DNA from: Candidatus Multivoradales bacterium
GTDB taxonomy: Bacteria > Acidobacteriota > Thermoanaerobaculia > Multivoradales > J023
Assembly: GCA_965248925.1 (NCBI GenBank)
Contig: CBDFLE010000006.1
Span: 1,088,001 to 1,152,000, forward strand
Direction: 5' to 3'
DNA: 64,000 bases
In this document: piece by piece, positions 17,192 through 27,510 of the stretch
Position numbering within the stretch: the stretch's first letter is position 1
Layout: each line of letters starts with the position of its first letter
The notes under the pieces: model-generated
Databases searched by the model: none
What the model was told of the DNA's origin: nothing
The model's input: only the letters and a program-made list of their open reading frames with translations
Position numbers and translations under genes: made by a program

Positions 17192-19672
17192 ATGATCCGA
17201 GAACAGATGCCGACCTACCCACCAAGCCGCCGTGGCCGCTTCTTGCAGCTCACCGGCCTCTCCAGCCTGGCGCTGACCCAGCCCCTGCTCGATCTACTGC
17301 GCGCCTCGCCGGAACTACTGGTGGCTCACCGCGCGACCCCTTCAGACCTGCTGCTCATCGCTGTCTTGCCCACCCTGCTGCCGGTGGTGGTGGTGCTCAC
17401 TGTCGAATTCGCCGCTAGCCGCCTATCGAGATCTTTTGCGCGGTGGATACACAACTGTAGCATCGGCCTGCTGGTGGCTCTCTTGGTGCTGGGCATGATC
17501 CGCGGGCTGCCTCTCGGCAGTCCGCTGGCAATCGGGTTGGCGGCACTTGGCGGTGTCGCGGCCGGCTGGGGGGTCCAGCGGACGAAGTCGCTGTCCTTGT
17601 GGCTTTCCTACCTATGGCCAGCGGCCTTGGTGGTACCCCTGGTATTCTGGCTGTCGCCGGGCATTTCGGCATTGTGGCCAGACATTGGAGGCCGCCCGGT
17701 GGGCGCGACCCCTGAGGGGGCGGCAGGGGCCGGCTCAACGGTCGTGGTGGTAATCTTCGACGAGCTGCCAGTAGCATCGCTCAGCGGCCCGGACGGCGGC
17801 CTTGACCGCCAGCGCCTGCCGTCATTCGCTGATTTCGCCTGCTCGGCCACCCTCTACCCTAGGGCCTATTCGGTCAGCGACTTCACCGTCCAGGCGGTGC
17901 CGGCAATTCTCACCGGCCGCTACCCAAGAAGCCGCCGCTTACCGATTGCCGCGCACCACCGCGACAGCCTGTTCAGGCTGCTAGCGGCAAGTCACCGGAT
18001 GAATGTCGTCGAATCGGTCACCCAGTTGTGTCCGGTCGACATCTGCGCCGCAGATCCCGGAAGCGAAGTCGACCGGCGACTGCAACTTGCCGACGATCTG
18101 GGGATTGTGCTCGGCCATCGGCTATTGCCCACCGTGCTGAGTGCCAAGTTGCCACCGATCCAACTAAGCTGGGGGCACTTCGCCGGGTCCGGCGGCTGGC
18201 TTGCCGAATGGCGCCGGCGAGGTCGTGCCGACCGCCTGGACCAGGTCGCGCGCTTCCTGGCGGCTATCGACAACCCATCGCTGCCCACTCTGCACTTCTT
18301 GCACGTACTGCTACCCCATCCTCCCTTTAATTATCTGCCGTCGGGCAAGATCTTCAGCGCCGCCCCCTCGATTCCTGGACTTGAGGGAGAACGCTGGGGC
18401 AAAGAGACCTGGCCGATCACCCAGGCCCGCCAACGCCACCTCCTGCAGGTAGGTCTGGTCGACCGCGTCCTCGGCCAGATTCTCGCCCGACTACGCCACA
18501 GCGGAGTCTACGACAGCGCCACCGTGGTAGTGACCGCCGACCATGGTGTCAGCCACCAGCCAGGGGGCTACCGCCGCCATCTGGCGCCGGAGAACGCAGC
18601 ACAGATCCTCGCCGTTCCCTTGTGGATCAAAGCTCCCGGCCAACAGCGAGCGAAGGTCGACGATCGCCTGGTCGAGAGTGTCGACATTCTGCCGACCGTC
18701 GCCGCCCTTCAAGGCATCGAGCTACCCTGGCAGACTGACGGCCGCTCGCTCACCGTCCCCTGGTCAAGATCCCACATCACCGTCTTCCCACACCGCCAAC
18801 ACGGCGAGCGGTCGCTACAGCTGACCGCCGCCGAGCTGGAAGTTGGAGCTGAACTTCAAATCAACGACCCGTTCGCTCTTGGCCCCCACCCCGAATTGGT
18901 CGGCAGACGGCTCGAGGATCTTGAGTTGGGGCCGCCCTCGCAACTCACCACCGCCCTCGAGTTACCCGTCTCGACGGTGGTTGTGGGCCGTCCATCGCCC
19001 TACGCCGCGGCGTTGGTCAACGGCAGGATCTTCGCCCCTGACAACCCGCCGATGCCTGCCCTGGCAGTAGCGGTCGCGGGTATCGTGCGGGCGGTTACCC
19101 AAATCACCTCGGGCACCGAACACTCCTTCTCGGCTTTGGTTGGCGACCAGGCTTTCACCTCTGCCCAAGATGCCATCAGGGTTTTCGCTGTCACCACGGG
19201 GCCGGAGGGTCTACAACTACGGTCGATCGCTGAACGAAACGGCGCCGAGGGCCACGGTGGCGACCGGAGGTACAACCTGGTTTCCTCGATGCTGGGGCTC
19301 GAACACGACGGTTTCTTTGCCGCAGAGAGGTGGAGTGAGGGCGTCGTTCGCTGGACTGATGGCGACGCCAGAATCACCATCCCAATCGACCCTCGTTTGA
19401 TGCCGCGAGCCTTGCACCTGAAGATCTTGAAGTCCGGACCGCGTGGCGCCCGGCTGAGGATCACCGCCAACGGCAACGAGATATTTGATCAGTGGGTGCC
19501 CCGAATTCGCGGTACCAGCTGGCAGCGACGCGTCAGTCTTGCCGGCCTCGCGCCAGCGGATCAGCTGGAATTGCGACTACGCAGCGGCACCCACATTCCC
19601 CGCCGCGAATTCCACGCCAGCGACGATGGACGCCGGCTCGGCCTCGCCCTGCACGAGTTGCGATTGGACTAG
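17192..19672 (+). CDS. Membrane-anchored sulfatase-like / alkaline-phosphatase-superfamily hydrolase or transferase
   Basis: About 5 N-terminal TM helices. Motifs VIFDELP, T-x3-VPAILTG, HVLLPHPP, VTADHG, VDILPT. C-terminal beta domain. Confidence 0.8.
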   Translation: MIREQMPTYPPSRRGRFLQLTGLSSLALTQPLLDLLRASPELLVAHRATPSDLLLIAVLPTLLPVVVVLTVEFAASRLSRSFARWIHNCSIGLLVALLVLGMIRGLPLGSPLAIGLAALGGVAAGWGVQRTKSLSLWLSYLWPAALVVPLVFWLSPGISALWPDIGGRPVGATPEGAAGAGSTVVVVIFDELPVASLSGPDGGLDRQRLPSFADFACSATLYPRAYSVSDFTVQAVPAILTGRYPRSRRLPIAAHHRDSLFRLLAASHRMNVVESVTQLCPVDICAADPGSEVDRRLQLADDLGIVLGHRLLPTVLSAKLPPIQLSWGHFAGSGGWLAEWRRRGRADRLDQVARFLAAIDNPSLPTLHFLHVLLPHPPFNYLPSGKIFSAAPSIPGLEGERWGKETWPITQARQRHLLQVGLVDRVLGQILARLRHSGVYDSATVVVTADHGVSHQPGGYRRHLAPENAAQILAVPLWIKAPGQQRAKVDDRLVESVDILPTVAALQGIELPWQTDGRSLTVPWSRSHITVFPHRQHGERSLQLTAAELEVGAELQINDPFALGPHPELVGRRLEDLELGPPSQLTTALELPVSTVVVGRPSPYAAALVNGRIFAPDNPPMPALAVAVAGIVRAVTQITSGTEHSFSALVGDQAFTSAQDAIRVFAVTTGPEGLQLRSIAERNGAEGHGGDRRYNLVSSMLGLEHDGFFAAERWSEGVVRWTDGDARITIPIDPRLMPRALHLKILKSGPRGARLRITANGNEIFDQWVPRIRGTSWQRRVSLAGLAPADQLELRLRSGTHIPRREFHASDDGRRLGLALHELRLD

Positions 19673-19686
19673 TTCTGGCGGCCAGG

Positions 19687-20415
19687 TTAGGGTTGGTTAC
19701 GCTCGGATTCGAAGCAGAATTGCTGCTGCTCCTGATGACGTTCCCGCAGCACCTTGAAAACGCAGCGGCCATCGCCCTTTTGGAAACTTTCTTCCCGCAC
19801 CACTCGCCGACCGAGCAACCGCGACAGGGTCTCGACCGTGAGACTGCACAATGCCGGCCGACGGCTGGCCACTCTGAGGTATGGGCAATTGCGTTCCACC
19901 AAGCGCAAAGCACCGTCGTTGCCGCGCTCGACGCTGGTGTAAGGATCGTCGCTTTGGTAGAGGTTGCGCAGGCGCTCGAGTTTCTGCTCGTGGTCGAGCC
20001 CTTCAAGCATCGGCCGCCAACCCTCTTCGCGCCGAGCGACTAGCTCTGCCATCGTCCGACGCATGCCCTCGAGCCCATCACGCTCGGCGATCACATCGAT
20101 CAACTCGGTCGACAAGTCGTGATAGCTCTTGGGAAATAGATTCTCACCGGCCATGGTTAGCCGGTAAAACACCGTCGGGCGACCGACACCGCGGTCAAAA
20201 GGTCGCTCGGCGCGCTGATCTACCCAACCCGCCGAACGCAGGTGAACGACCTGCTGCCGAACCGCTTCATAGGACAGCTCGACTGCCGCCGCGAGCTCGG
20301 AAATACTCGCTTTTTGACGCTGTTTGATGGTCTCCAACAGCTGACGCCGGAGAGAGGTTAGCTGCGCGGTCGAAGTGGCTTCACTTGCCTGGTGCTGAAT
20401 CATCTTGCTGACCAT
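19687..20415 (-). CDS. wHTH transcriptional regulator, SufR/ArsR-like with Cys ligands
   Basis: N-terminal HTH with GVGRPTVFYRLT...FPKSY. C-terminal ERNCPY...LC...GDGRC. Confidence 0.82.
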   Translation of the reverse strand: MVSKMIQHQASEATSTAQLTSLRRQLLETIKQRQKASISELAAAVELSYEAVRQQVVHLRSAGWVDQRAERPFDRGVGRPTVFYRLTMAGENLFPKSYHDLSTELIDVIAERDGLEGMRRTMAELVARREEGWRPMLEGLDHEQKLERLRNLYQSDDPYTSVERGNDGALRLVERNCPYLRVASRRPALCSLTVETLSRLLGRRVVREESFQKGDGRCVFKVLRERHQEQQQFCFESERNQP

Positions 20416-20570
20416 TATCCCATCTTTTCCCGGTAAAATACCCACGGCTAGACAAACTACCTACCTAACCCGTGCCGGGTGAGATACGGCAGCGGCAGGC
20501 ATTCACCGACAGATGTCGAGCTACGCCGCCCGCCACAAGACCAAACCGCGACCTTCGAGACGAGCTGCCG

Positions 20571-22190
20571 CTAACCACTGGCTGTGTCGGCGGCGCGAAA
20601 TAGCTGGCGCAAGCGGCGGATAACAGCATCCTCACTTCGCAGGTCTGCCACCGACACCGCTTGATGAAACATTGACGCCATCTGCCGCGGTTGGGGCCGA
20701 CATTCCACCGCCCGGCGATAACCCTCCAGAGCTCTCTCGCCAGCGCCCAAGACCAGCCAAGCTTCACCCTCGGTGGCCCACCGCCACAGGCCCTCGGGCG
20801 CCGCCGCGCAATGCTCGAGAGCCCGCTGGGCGTGTTCCTCGGCGGCTGGCGGCTGGCGCAGGAAGGCCAGCTGCAAGAAGGCGACGTTGATGGCGTGGTA
20901 ATAGGCTTGCTCTCGGTCCTTGGCGGCCTCGGCCGCGGCCAGAGCCTGGCTATACAACTGTAACGCCCGCGCCCCGTCGTCCTGGCGCCGCTCTTTCAGC
21001 CAGCGACGCTTGAGGCGGCCGGCCAGAGCTCCCATGGGATCGGTGCCGCTGGCACTCTTGAGCACCGCGATCGCATCGTCGCTGCGGCCATCGGACTCGA
21101 GGGCCAAAGCCAAGGTTACGCGAGTGGCATCGTCGAGTTCGTCGCGATGCGGCCACAGACTGTCGATCGCGTCGCGGAAACGGCGTCCTTCCACCGCCAA
21201 CCGAGCGCTGTTCCAAGGGCCCGCCGGGGCAGCTTCGCCGATCAGTTGTTTCTTGACCAGTTCGACGCTGAGCTGTTTCGCCGAACGCGGATTGACAATA
21301 CTCAAATGGTCCCCTGGAACTACCGCCTGGAAATCCTCAGGAAACGAATCGAGCACCGATTCGGCCGCGACGAATTCGTCTTCGTCACCGGCGACCGCCA
21401 AGAACTCGAACGGCGGGTTCTTGCCGATGAGCTCCCGCCAACGCTGCCGCAGATCGGTGATGAACGGACTGCCCTGCGCCATGTCGCGAATCTGGCGCTT
21501 GTAGAAGCTCATTAGCGAGGCCTTGGCCAAACCACCGCTAGGGGTTCCGAACAGAATCAGATGGCTGATCCGCGCTCGCAGCTCGGGTAGGTCGAGCAGC
21601 GCCCGCTGGGTCACCAAGCCACCCATCGAGTGGGCAATGACCGCCAAGCTGCGGTATTTGGCAAAAGGCGAATGGTCGGTGATAGTGCCGAAGAAGCTGC
21701 CCAACCGAGAGATTGGCGGCGACGCCGTCCACAAGCCGGAGAAATCGAGCCACAGGTTGGTCGAATAACCGATGCTGTAGACATCCCACGATTGGAGCAG
21801 TGGGTCGCCGAGCAGAATATTGGGAAACTCACCCCAGGTCTTCGCTGAATTCTGCCCGAATCCATGAACGAAGATGATCGCCGCTTCCTGGCCAAGATCG
21901 CGGAAAGTTGTGTAACTCGGCAAGTCGCTCTCGGCATCGGCTGCCGGCGGCAAATCACCCATCAGCCCCTCGAGTTCGTCAGCATATTCCAACAACGCGC
22001 GGGACAGGGCGCGGGGGAATAGCGCTGAAGTGCGGGCCAGTCGCCGAGCCGGCTCGGTGGCAATACCCTTGGGAAGCAACTTAAACGGCAGGGTCGAGGC
22101 TCGCAATCCTAGTCGGGTCACGGATTCGAAGAGGCTCGCCACCTTGTCACCGACCGCGTGCCCTCCGGCCTCCCCGGCAATACGTTTCAT
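20571..22190 (-). CDS. Alpha/beta hydrolase (PGAP1/DUF676-like) fused to a TPR-S / DUF4071-like helical domain
   Basis: IFVHGF, AHSMGG nucleophile elbow, GTPSGG, GDEDEFV, PGDH. C-terminal GALAGRLKRRW...YYHAINVAFL...WRWATEGEA. Confidence 0.75.
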   Translation of the reverse strand: MKRIAGEAGGHAVGDKVASLFESVTRLGLRASTLPFKLLPKGIATEPARRLARTSALFPRALSRALLEYADELEGLMGDLPPAADAESDLPSYTTFRDLGQEAAIIFVHGFGQNSAKTWGEFPNILLGDPLLQSWDVYSIGYSTNLWLDFSGLWTASPPISRLGSFFGTITDHSPFAKYRSLAVIAHSMGGLVTQRALLDLPELRARISHLILFGTPSGGLAKASLMSFYKRQIRDMAQGSPFITDLRQRWRELIGKNPPFEFLAVAGDEDEFVAAESVLDSFPEDFQAVVPGDHLSIVNPRSAKQLSVELVKKQLIGEAAPAGPWNSARLAVEGRRFRDAIDSLWPHRDELDDATRVTLALALESDGRSDDAIAVLKSASGTDPMGALAGRLKRRWLKERRQDDGARALQLYSQALAAAEAAKDREQAYYHAINVAFLQLAFLRQPPAAEEHAQRALEHCAAAPEGLWRWATEGEAWLVLGAGERALEGYRRAVECRPQPRQMASMFHQAVSVADLRSEDAVIRRLRQLFRAADTASG

Positions 22191-22285
22191 CTCAACTCCT
22201 CTCAGCAGTTCTCAATTGCCGACAACAGCGGTCCACTGTGCGGTACTGCCACTCTCAAAACCGTCCACGAAAAGGGTGTACTGCC

Positions 22286-23956
22286 CTAGATCAAAAAAAC
22301 ATCCAGCATCGGTGCCGGGCTGCCGTTAATCTCCGCCAGTCCTTGGTGGACAATCGAGCGCAGCAGCACTTGCCGCTGCACCACGCTGCCGTCAGGCGCC
22401 AGCTCTTCGACCCACTGCACCGTGCTGCGCAGCCGCTCGGCACCGCGCAACAGCTGCCCGTCGCCAGTGTGCAGGTCGATCCGGTCGACCCCAGGATCAG
22501 TCTGCGGGAAACTCAAGCGTAACTGGGTCAGACCCGTAGGATCGATCGCCGCCAAACCAGCGGCGGTCAAATCAACCCGAAGAGCGTAGAACTCATCGCC
22601 AAGGCTACCGACGAAGCAACCAGCATTCTCGGCATCGGCGGGGGCGGTGGCATCTGCCGGCTCGACCACGGCAGCGCCGAAAGTCCCCCGCTTAACATCC
22701 AGCCGGGGCACTCCCAAATCGCCCGAAAGGAAGGGATTGCTGCCACTAGCCGCCGCCCGTAGCAAATATAGACTGGCGCCGGTAATCACCACATCGTCCG
22801 GCAGCCCTGAGGTGTCGAAAGATACCAGCCCGGCGTAAATCGCGCTGCCGTCGTCACCAACCCGGATCGCCTCCGTGCCACTGCCACTGCCATCGCTCCA
22901 GCCATCGTTGGCACCACCTTGAGAAAAAAAGCTTGCCGCCGGCCCGCCGCGAAAGTGGTCGAAGAAATAACTCTGAGTCTGCTGCGCGATCTTGTATTGA
23001 TAACCATCGAAATCAAGGTGGATCGGATCGGCCGAGATACCTGCCACCTCTCGAAAATTCTGCCGCAGGGTCGGCCGCTGCGGGTTGCCACCGGGGAATG
23101 GATGGTGCAGAGGTGCGGCGATTCCGGGCCGCGGCAGCTCGCCGGGAGCGGCCACCCCATCGCCGTAGTAATAGTGCATCAGGCCTACCGAATTATCGTA
23201 TTCGAGCCCCGCGCGGTCCAAGGTCCACCCCAGGCGCCGACTCTCGATGCCGACCATCATCGAGTTGAGTTCCTGATCGGAGATCAGATCGCCGTCTGGA
23301 TCGCGGGACAGATCATCCCGCTTAGGGCAAGCGTAGATCCAACACCAGAGGAAGTTGACGTTGAAATTCGGATACTCGTAGCTCGACAGCAAGACCGTCG
23401 GCTGATTTGCATGGCCGGCAATGGAGTCGATGATCGTCGTGGTGTCTTGGCGAATGGTGGCGAACAGAGCCGCTTCAGAACCCGCCTGGTCGAGGTCCAT
23501 ATCCTTGTACCAACCGCCGTCCGAACGGCCGGCAAGAAGATCGTTGCCACCGATCGCCAAGACCACCGTATCGATCGCCGGTTGAGCATCGAGTTCGGCC
23601 AGCAGATTAGCGATCCAGGGATAGTTGGTTGTGTCGGCCCATTGCCGCGCCTCGCTGCCCGAAATGGCGTACTCCGACCCGCCGTAGCCTGCTCCCGGAT
23701 CCACATCCAGCGAACGCGCCAACATCAACTTGTCGGCGTGGCCGAAACGATCGAAGACATCGTTGTGCGAACCGTCATCCCACATGAACTGGGCCCAACT
23801 ATCGCCCGCCATCAACGCTCGTGCCCGCGGCGCCGGGCAGGAAGGGCCGCGTTGACTCTCCGCTTGCTCAGCCATTGCAGAATCGGCGGCAGCGCCGACC
23901 GCCAAGCTCACAGTCAACACCGCGAGCAGCAGCTTATCTAGCTGGATATTCGCCAT
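22286..23956 (-). CDS. Secreted SGNH/GDSL hydrolase with a C-terminal beta (DNRLRE-like) domain
   Basis: Signal peptide MANIQLDKLLLAVL...AMA. Blocks GDSW, GGND and DPIH. Confidence 0.75.
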   Translation of the reverse strand: MANIQLDKLLLAVLTVSLAVGAAADSAMAEQAESQRGPSCPAPRARALMAGDSWAQFMWDDGSHNDVFDRFGHADKLMLARSLDVDPGAGYGGSEYAISGSEARQWADTTNYPWIANLLAELDAQPAIDTVVLAIGGNDLLAGRSDGGWYKDMDLDQAGSEAALFATIRQDTTTIIDSIAGHANQPTVLLSSYEYPNFNVNFLWCWIYACPKRDDLSRDPDGDLISDQELNSMMVGIESRRLGWTLDRAGLEYDNSVGLMHYYYGDGVAAPGELPRPGIAAPLHHPFPGGNPQRPTLRQNFREVAGISADPIHLDFDGYQYKIAQQTQSYFFDHFRGGPAASFFSQGGANDGWSDGSGSGTEAIRVGDDGSAIYAGLVSFDTSGLPDDVVITGASLYLLRAAASGSNPFLSGDLGVPRLDVKRGTFGAAVVEPADATAPADAENAGCFVGSLGDEFYALRVDLTAAGLAAIDPTGLTQLRLSFPQTDPGVDRIDLHTGDGQLLRGAERLRSTVQWVEELAPDGSVVQRQVLLRSIVHQGLAEINGSPAPMLDVFLI

Positions 23957-24035
23957 CGCCGCAGGATAGCAGAGGCCGAGGATCCCACTCAGCCGGCGGC
24001 TTGGGCGCGCTACTATCGTCAGCACTGAGATCAAA

Positions 24036-25679
24036 GTGCCCAGCCCCAATCACCAACTTACGCCCGCGAGCCCACCACGGACCGCCGCCTTGCTCGAGGT
24101 CCGTGGTCTACGAGTGCGCTACCGAACCCCGACCGGCGAGGTCACGGCGGTCGCTGGCGTGGACTTCGACATCCACCCCGGCGAGGGAGTGGGTCTACTC
24201 GGCGAGTCGGGCTGCGGCAAGACTAGCTTGTCGCTTGCCGTGGCCGGGTTGCTGCCAGCAAGCGCCGTCACCAGCGGCGGAGTGCATTGGCGCGGCCGGC
24301 GGCTCGATACCCTGCCGGCCGCGGCACGGCGTCGATTCCGCGGCGCCGAGGTGGGCCTGGTCTTTCAGCACCCCGATCGATCGCTCGACCCGCTGCAGCG
24401 GGTCGGCGGCCAAATCGCTCAGATTCTGCGCGCCCACCATCGAGCCAGGGGTCGGCAAGCACAGCAGCAAGCCCGGCAAATGCTCGCCGAGGTCGGCTTC
24501 GCAGATCCGGCAGCCACCGCTCGGGCCTACCCGCATCAACTCAGCGGCGGCCAGCGTCAGCGGGTGGCGATCGCCCAAGCTCTGGTTTGCCGGCCGGCAT
24601 TGGTGATCGCCGATGAACCCACCGCGGGTCTCGATTCGGTATCGCGCGCTCACCTGCTGCGGCTACTGCTACGGCTGCGCCAGGAGCGTCGAACCGCCTT
24701 GCTGGTGATTAGCCACGATCCTCTCGTACTGGCGGCGACCAGCGATCGTTTGCTGGTCATGCAAGAGGGTCGGTTGATCGAACGGGGCGCCGCCAGCGAA
24801 GTTCTCCACCACCCCCGGCAACCCCAAACCCGGCGCCTGCTGAGCGGCCTGTCGGGACCCCGCTCTAGCGCCCGAGAACAGCGGTCCATCACCACCGAGC
24901 GCTCTCGGAGTCCCTTGCTCGAGGCACTCGCTTTGACCAAGATCCACCCATCCCGCGGCCGCTCGGAACGGCCCGCGGTCGACGCAGTCAACCTTCGTTT
25001 GGCCGCCGGCGACACTCTGGCGTTGGTCGGGCGAACCGGTAGCGGCAAAACCTCTCTAGCCCGCTGCCTGGCCTTGCTCGATCGGCCGAGCGCTGGTCAG
25101 ATCCTGCTCGATGGCGAGGAGTTCCACCGCCTCCAGCGGGCTGCCAGAGCACGGATCCATCACCAGGTACAGCTGGTGCCACAGCATCCGGCCAGTGCCC
25201 TCAATCCGCTCTGGCGAGCTGCCCAAGCGGTTGCAGAGCCACTGTTCATCCACCGCCGCGGCAACCACCAACAGCGTCATCACCAGGCCCTCGAATGGAT
25301 GGCCGAGGTCGGCTTGGGCGCCGAGCTGGCACAACGCCCGGTCGGCCGACTCAGCGGTGGCCAAAGGCAGCGCCTGGTATTGGCTCGGGCGCTGGCTGCC
25401 CGACCGCGCCTGCTGATCCTCGACGAAGCTCTCTCGGCCTTGGACCTACCACGACGCGCACAGCTAGCGCAGCTGCTCGACGAGCTACGCCGCAAACACC
25501 ATCTAGCACTGCTGTGGATCTCGCACGACCTGCACACCGTCAGCCGGCTGACCGAGCGCATCGCGGTACTCGACCAGGGTCGCATCGTCGAGCAGGGAAC
25601 CTGTCGAGAAGTGCTCTCGGCGCCCGCTCACCCGGCCACCCAAGCGCTGATCGATGCCCTGCTGGAGCCCCCGGGATGA
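24036..25679 (+). CDS. Oligopeptide/dipeptide ABC transporter ATP-binding protein (fused double ATPase)
   Basis: GESGCGKT and GRTGSGKT Walker A motifs, two LSGGQRQR signatures, DEPT/DEAL Walker B. Confidence 0.92.
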   Translation: MPSPNHQLTPASPPRTAALLEVRGLRVRYRTPTGEVTAVAGVDFDIHPGEGVGLLGESGCGKTSLSLAVAGLLPASAVTSGGVHWRGRRLDTLPAAARRRFRGAEVGLVFQHPDRSLDPLQRVGGQIAQILRAHHRARGRQAQQQARQMLAEVGFADPAATARAYPHQLSGGQRQRVAIAQALVCRPALVIADEPTAGLDSVSRAHLLRLLLRLRQERRTALLVISHDPLVLAATSDRLLVMQEGRLIERGAASEVLHHPRQPQTRRLLSGLSGPRSSAREQRSITTERSRSPLLEALALTKIHPSRGRSERPAVDAVNLRLAAGDTLALVGRTGSGKTSLARCLALLDRPSAGQILLDGEEFHRLQRAARARIHHQVQLVPQHPASALNPLWRAAQAVAEPLFIHRRGNHQQRHHQALEWMAEVGLGAELAQRPVGRLSGGQRQRLVLARALAARPRLLILDEALSALDLPRRAQLAQLLDELRRKHHLALLWISHDLHTVSRLTERIAVLDQGRIVEQGTCREVLSAPAHPATQALIDALLEPPG

Positions 25680-26644
25680 TCCTCCGGTTGGCTCGCCGGC
25701 TACTCGCCAGCGCCTTGCTGCTGCTGCTCATCTCGGCCCTGAGCTTCCTCCTTGCCGAGCTGGCGCCGGGCGACTTTCTCGCCGAGATGCGCTTCCACCC
25801 AGGAGTCTCCGCGGAGACCCTCGAACATCTGCGCCAACTCCACGGCATCGACCGGCCGCTCAGCGAGCGCTATGTGGGCTGGCTGATGGCGATCGGGCGG
25901 GGTGAACTTGGCCATTCCTTTGCCCACAATCTGCCGGTCGTCGAACTCCTCGCTCCACGGGCTCGCAATACTCTGATCTTGACCATCACCGCGACCTGCG
26001 GGCTGTGGTTGCTGGCACTGACCCTGGCCAGCGCCGCCGCTCGCCACCCGCGAGGCGCTGTCGATCGCTGGGCCACCGCTGGCTGCGCGCTGCTCCTGGC
26101 CCTACCCCGACCGCTGCTGGCACTCGCCGCCTTGCTGCTGGCGGCTCGGGTCAGTTGGTTGCCGAGTAGCGGCATGCGCTCGCTGCCGCTGGTCGAGACC
26201 GGCAACTGGCACCCGCTACTGGACGGTGCTCGCCACCTGCTTCTACCTGCCGCGACTCTGATCCTGGCCGGCTTGCCAACCCTTTACCGGCACCTGCGTG
26301 GGGCACTCAGCGAGGCGTTCGGCGAACCCCATGTGGCCGCCGCCCGAGGCCATGGCATCGGGCGGCGAAGGTTGTTCTGGCGCTATGTGCTACCGAGTGC
26401 CGCCGGCCGCCTGACGAGCCTGCTTGGACTTTCTATCGGCGGCTTGCTATCGGGCTCGCTGGTCGTCGAGGTGGTGCTTGGCTGGCCTGGCTTGGGGCCA
26501 TTGATGCTCGACGCAGTGCTGGCCCGCGACATCTACCTAGTGGTCGCCGGCACCCTCATGTCAGCCACTCTGCTGATTGCCGGCAACCTACTCGCCGACG
26601 GCCTGCTGCTGGTTATCGACCCTCGGCTGCGGGAGCACGAGTGA
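25676..26644 (+). CDS. Peptide ABC transporter permease (OppB/DppB-like)
   Basis: ATGA overlap with the upstream stop. LAPGD, GELGHSF, AARGHG EAA loop, VVEVVLGWPGLG. Confidence 0.9.
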   Translation: MILRLARRLLASALLLLLISALSFLLAELAPGDFLAEMRFHPGVSAETLEHLRQLHGIDRPLSERYVGWLMAIGRGELGHSFAHNLPVVELLAPRARNTLILTITATCGLWLLALTLASAAARHPRGAVDRWATAGCALLLALPRPLLALAALLLAARVSWLPSSGMRSLPLVETGNWHPLLDGARHLLLPAATLILAGLPTLYRHLRGALSEAFGEPHVAAARGHGIGRRRLFWRYVLPSAAGRLTSLLGLSIGGLLSGSLVVEVVLGWPGLGPLMLDAVLARDIYLVVAGTLMSATLLIAGNLLADGLLLVIDPRLREHE

Positions 26645-27480
26645 TGGCCAAGACTCGGCGTCTGGCGCTTGGCTTGCTGGTGTTGCATCTGTTGGTTCTC
26701 GGCGCCACCTGGACCGCCCCTCACTCGCCAGAAGCCCAGGATCGCCAGCATCCCTTGGCGCCACCCTCCTTGAACCACCCCTTGGGCACTGACGAGTTCG
26801 GCCGTGACCAGCTTTCCCGCCTGATCTGGGGCGGTCAGATTTCACTCTTCGCAGCCTTGCTCGCGGCCTTGCTCTCGCTGGTCTGCGGCCTGACCGTAGG
26901 GGCGTTGGCAGGCTTCTACGGCGGCCGGGTCGACGCCTTGCTAATGCGCCTGACCGAACTCTTCCTGTCCCTGCCGTGGCTCTATTTGCTGCTGGCGGTA
27001 CGGGCCTTTCTTCCCCTCGACTTGGCGCCGGCAACAGTGTTCGCCCTCTTGATTGGAGTGATCGGTCTGCTGGGATGGCCGCGCACTGCTCGGCTAGTCC
27101 GAGGGGTCACCGTGGGCCTGCGTCATCGACCTTATGTCGCAGCCGCGCGCGGTTTCGGCGCCGCGGACTTCTACTTGCTGCGCCATCATCTGCTACCGCT
27201 GGTGCGGCCGGTGCTGCTGACCCAGCTCACCGTCTTGGTGCCGCGCTATGTCGTGGCGGAGGTCAGCTTGTCTTTACTCGGCCTGGGAGTAGCTGAGCCA
27301 GCCCCGAGTTGGGGCGGCTTGCTGGCCATGCTGCGCCGCTACGAGGTTTCCCTCTGTTGGTGGATGTGGTTGCCAGCTGCCAGCTTGGCGGCAGTCGTTT
27401 GGGGCTATCACCGGCTGGCCGATGACTTTGAGCGACAAACCGCCGTTCTATCGGATCAGCAGATCACTAACGACGAGTAG
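26641..27480 (+). CDS. Peptide ABC transporter permease (OppC/DppC-like)
   Basis: HPLGTDEFGRDQLSRL, YVAAARGFGA, SLSLLGLG..PAPSWG. Overlaps the previous gene. Confidence 0.9.
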   Translation: MMAKTRRLALGLLVLHLLVLGATWTAPHSPEAQDRQHPLAPPSLNHPLGTDEFGRDQLSRLIWGGQISLFAALLAALLSLVCGLTVGALAGFYGGRVDALLMRLTELFLSLPWLYLLLAVRAFLPLDLAPATVFALLIGVIGLLGWPRTARLVRGVTVGLRHRPYVAAARGFGAADFYLLRHHLLPLVRPVLLTQLTVLVPRYVVAEVSLSLLGLGVAEPAPSWGGLLAMLRRYEVSLCWWMWLPAASLAAVVWGYHRLADDFERQTAVLSDQQITNDE

Positions 27481-27510
27481 ACTTGCTGAGCTATCATTCA
27501 CCAGAGGTCC

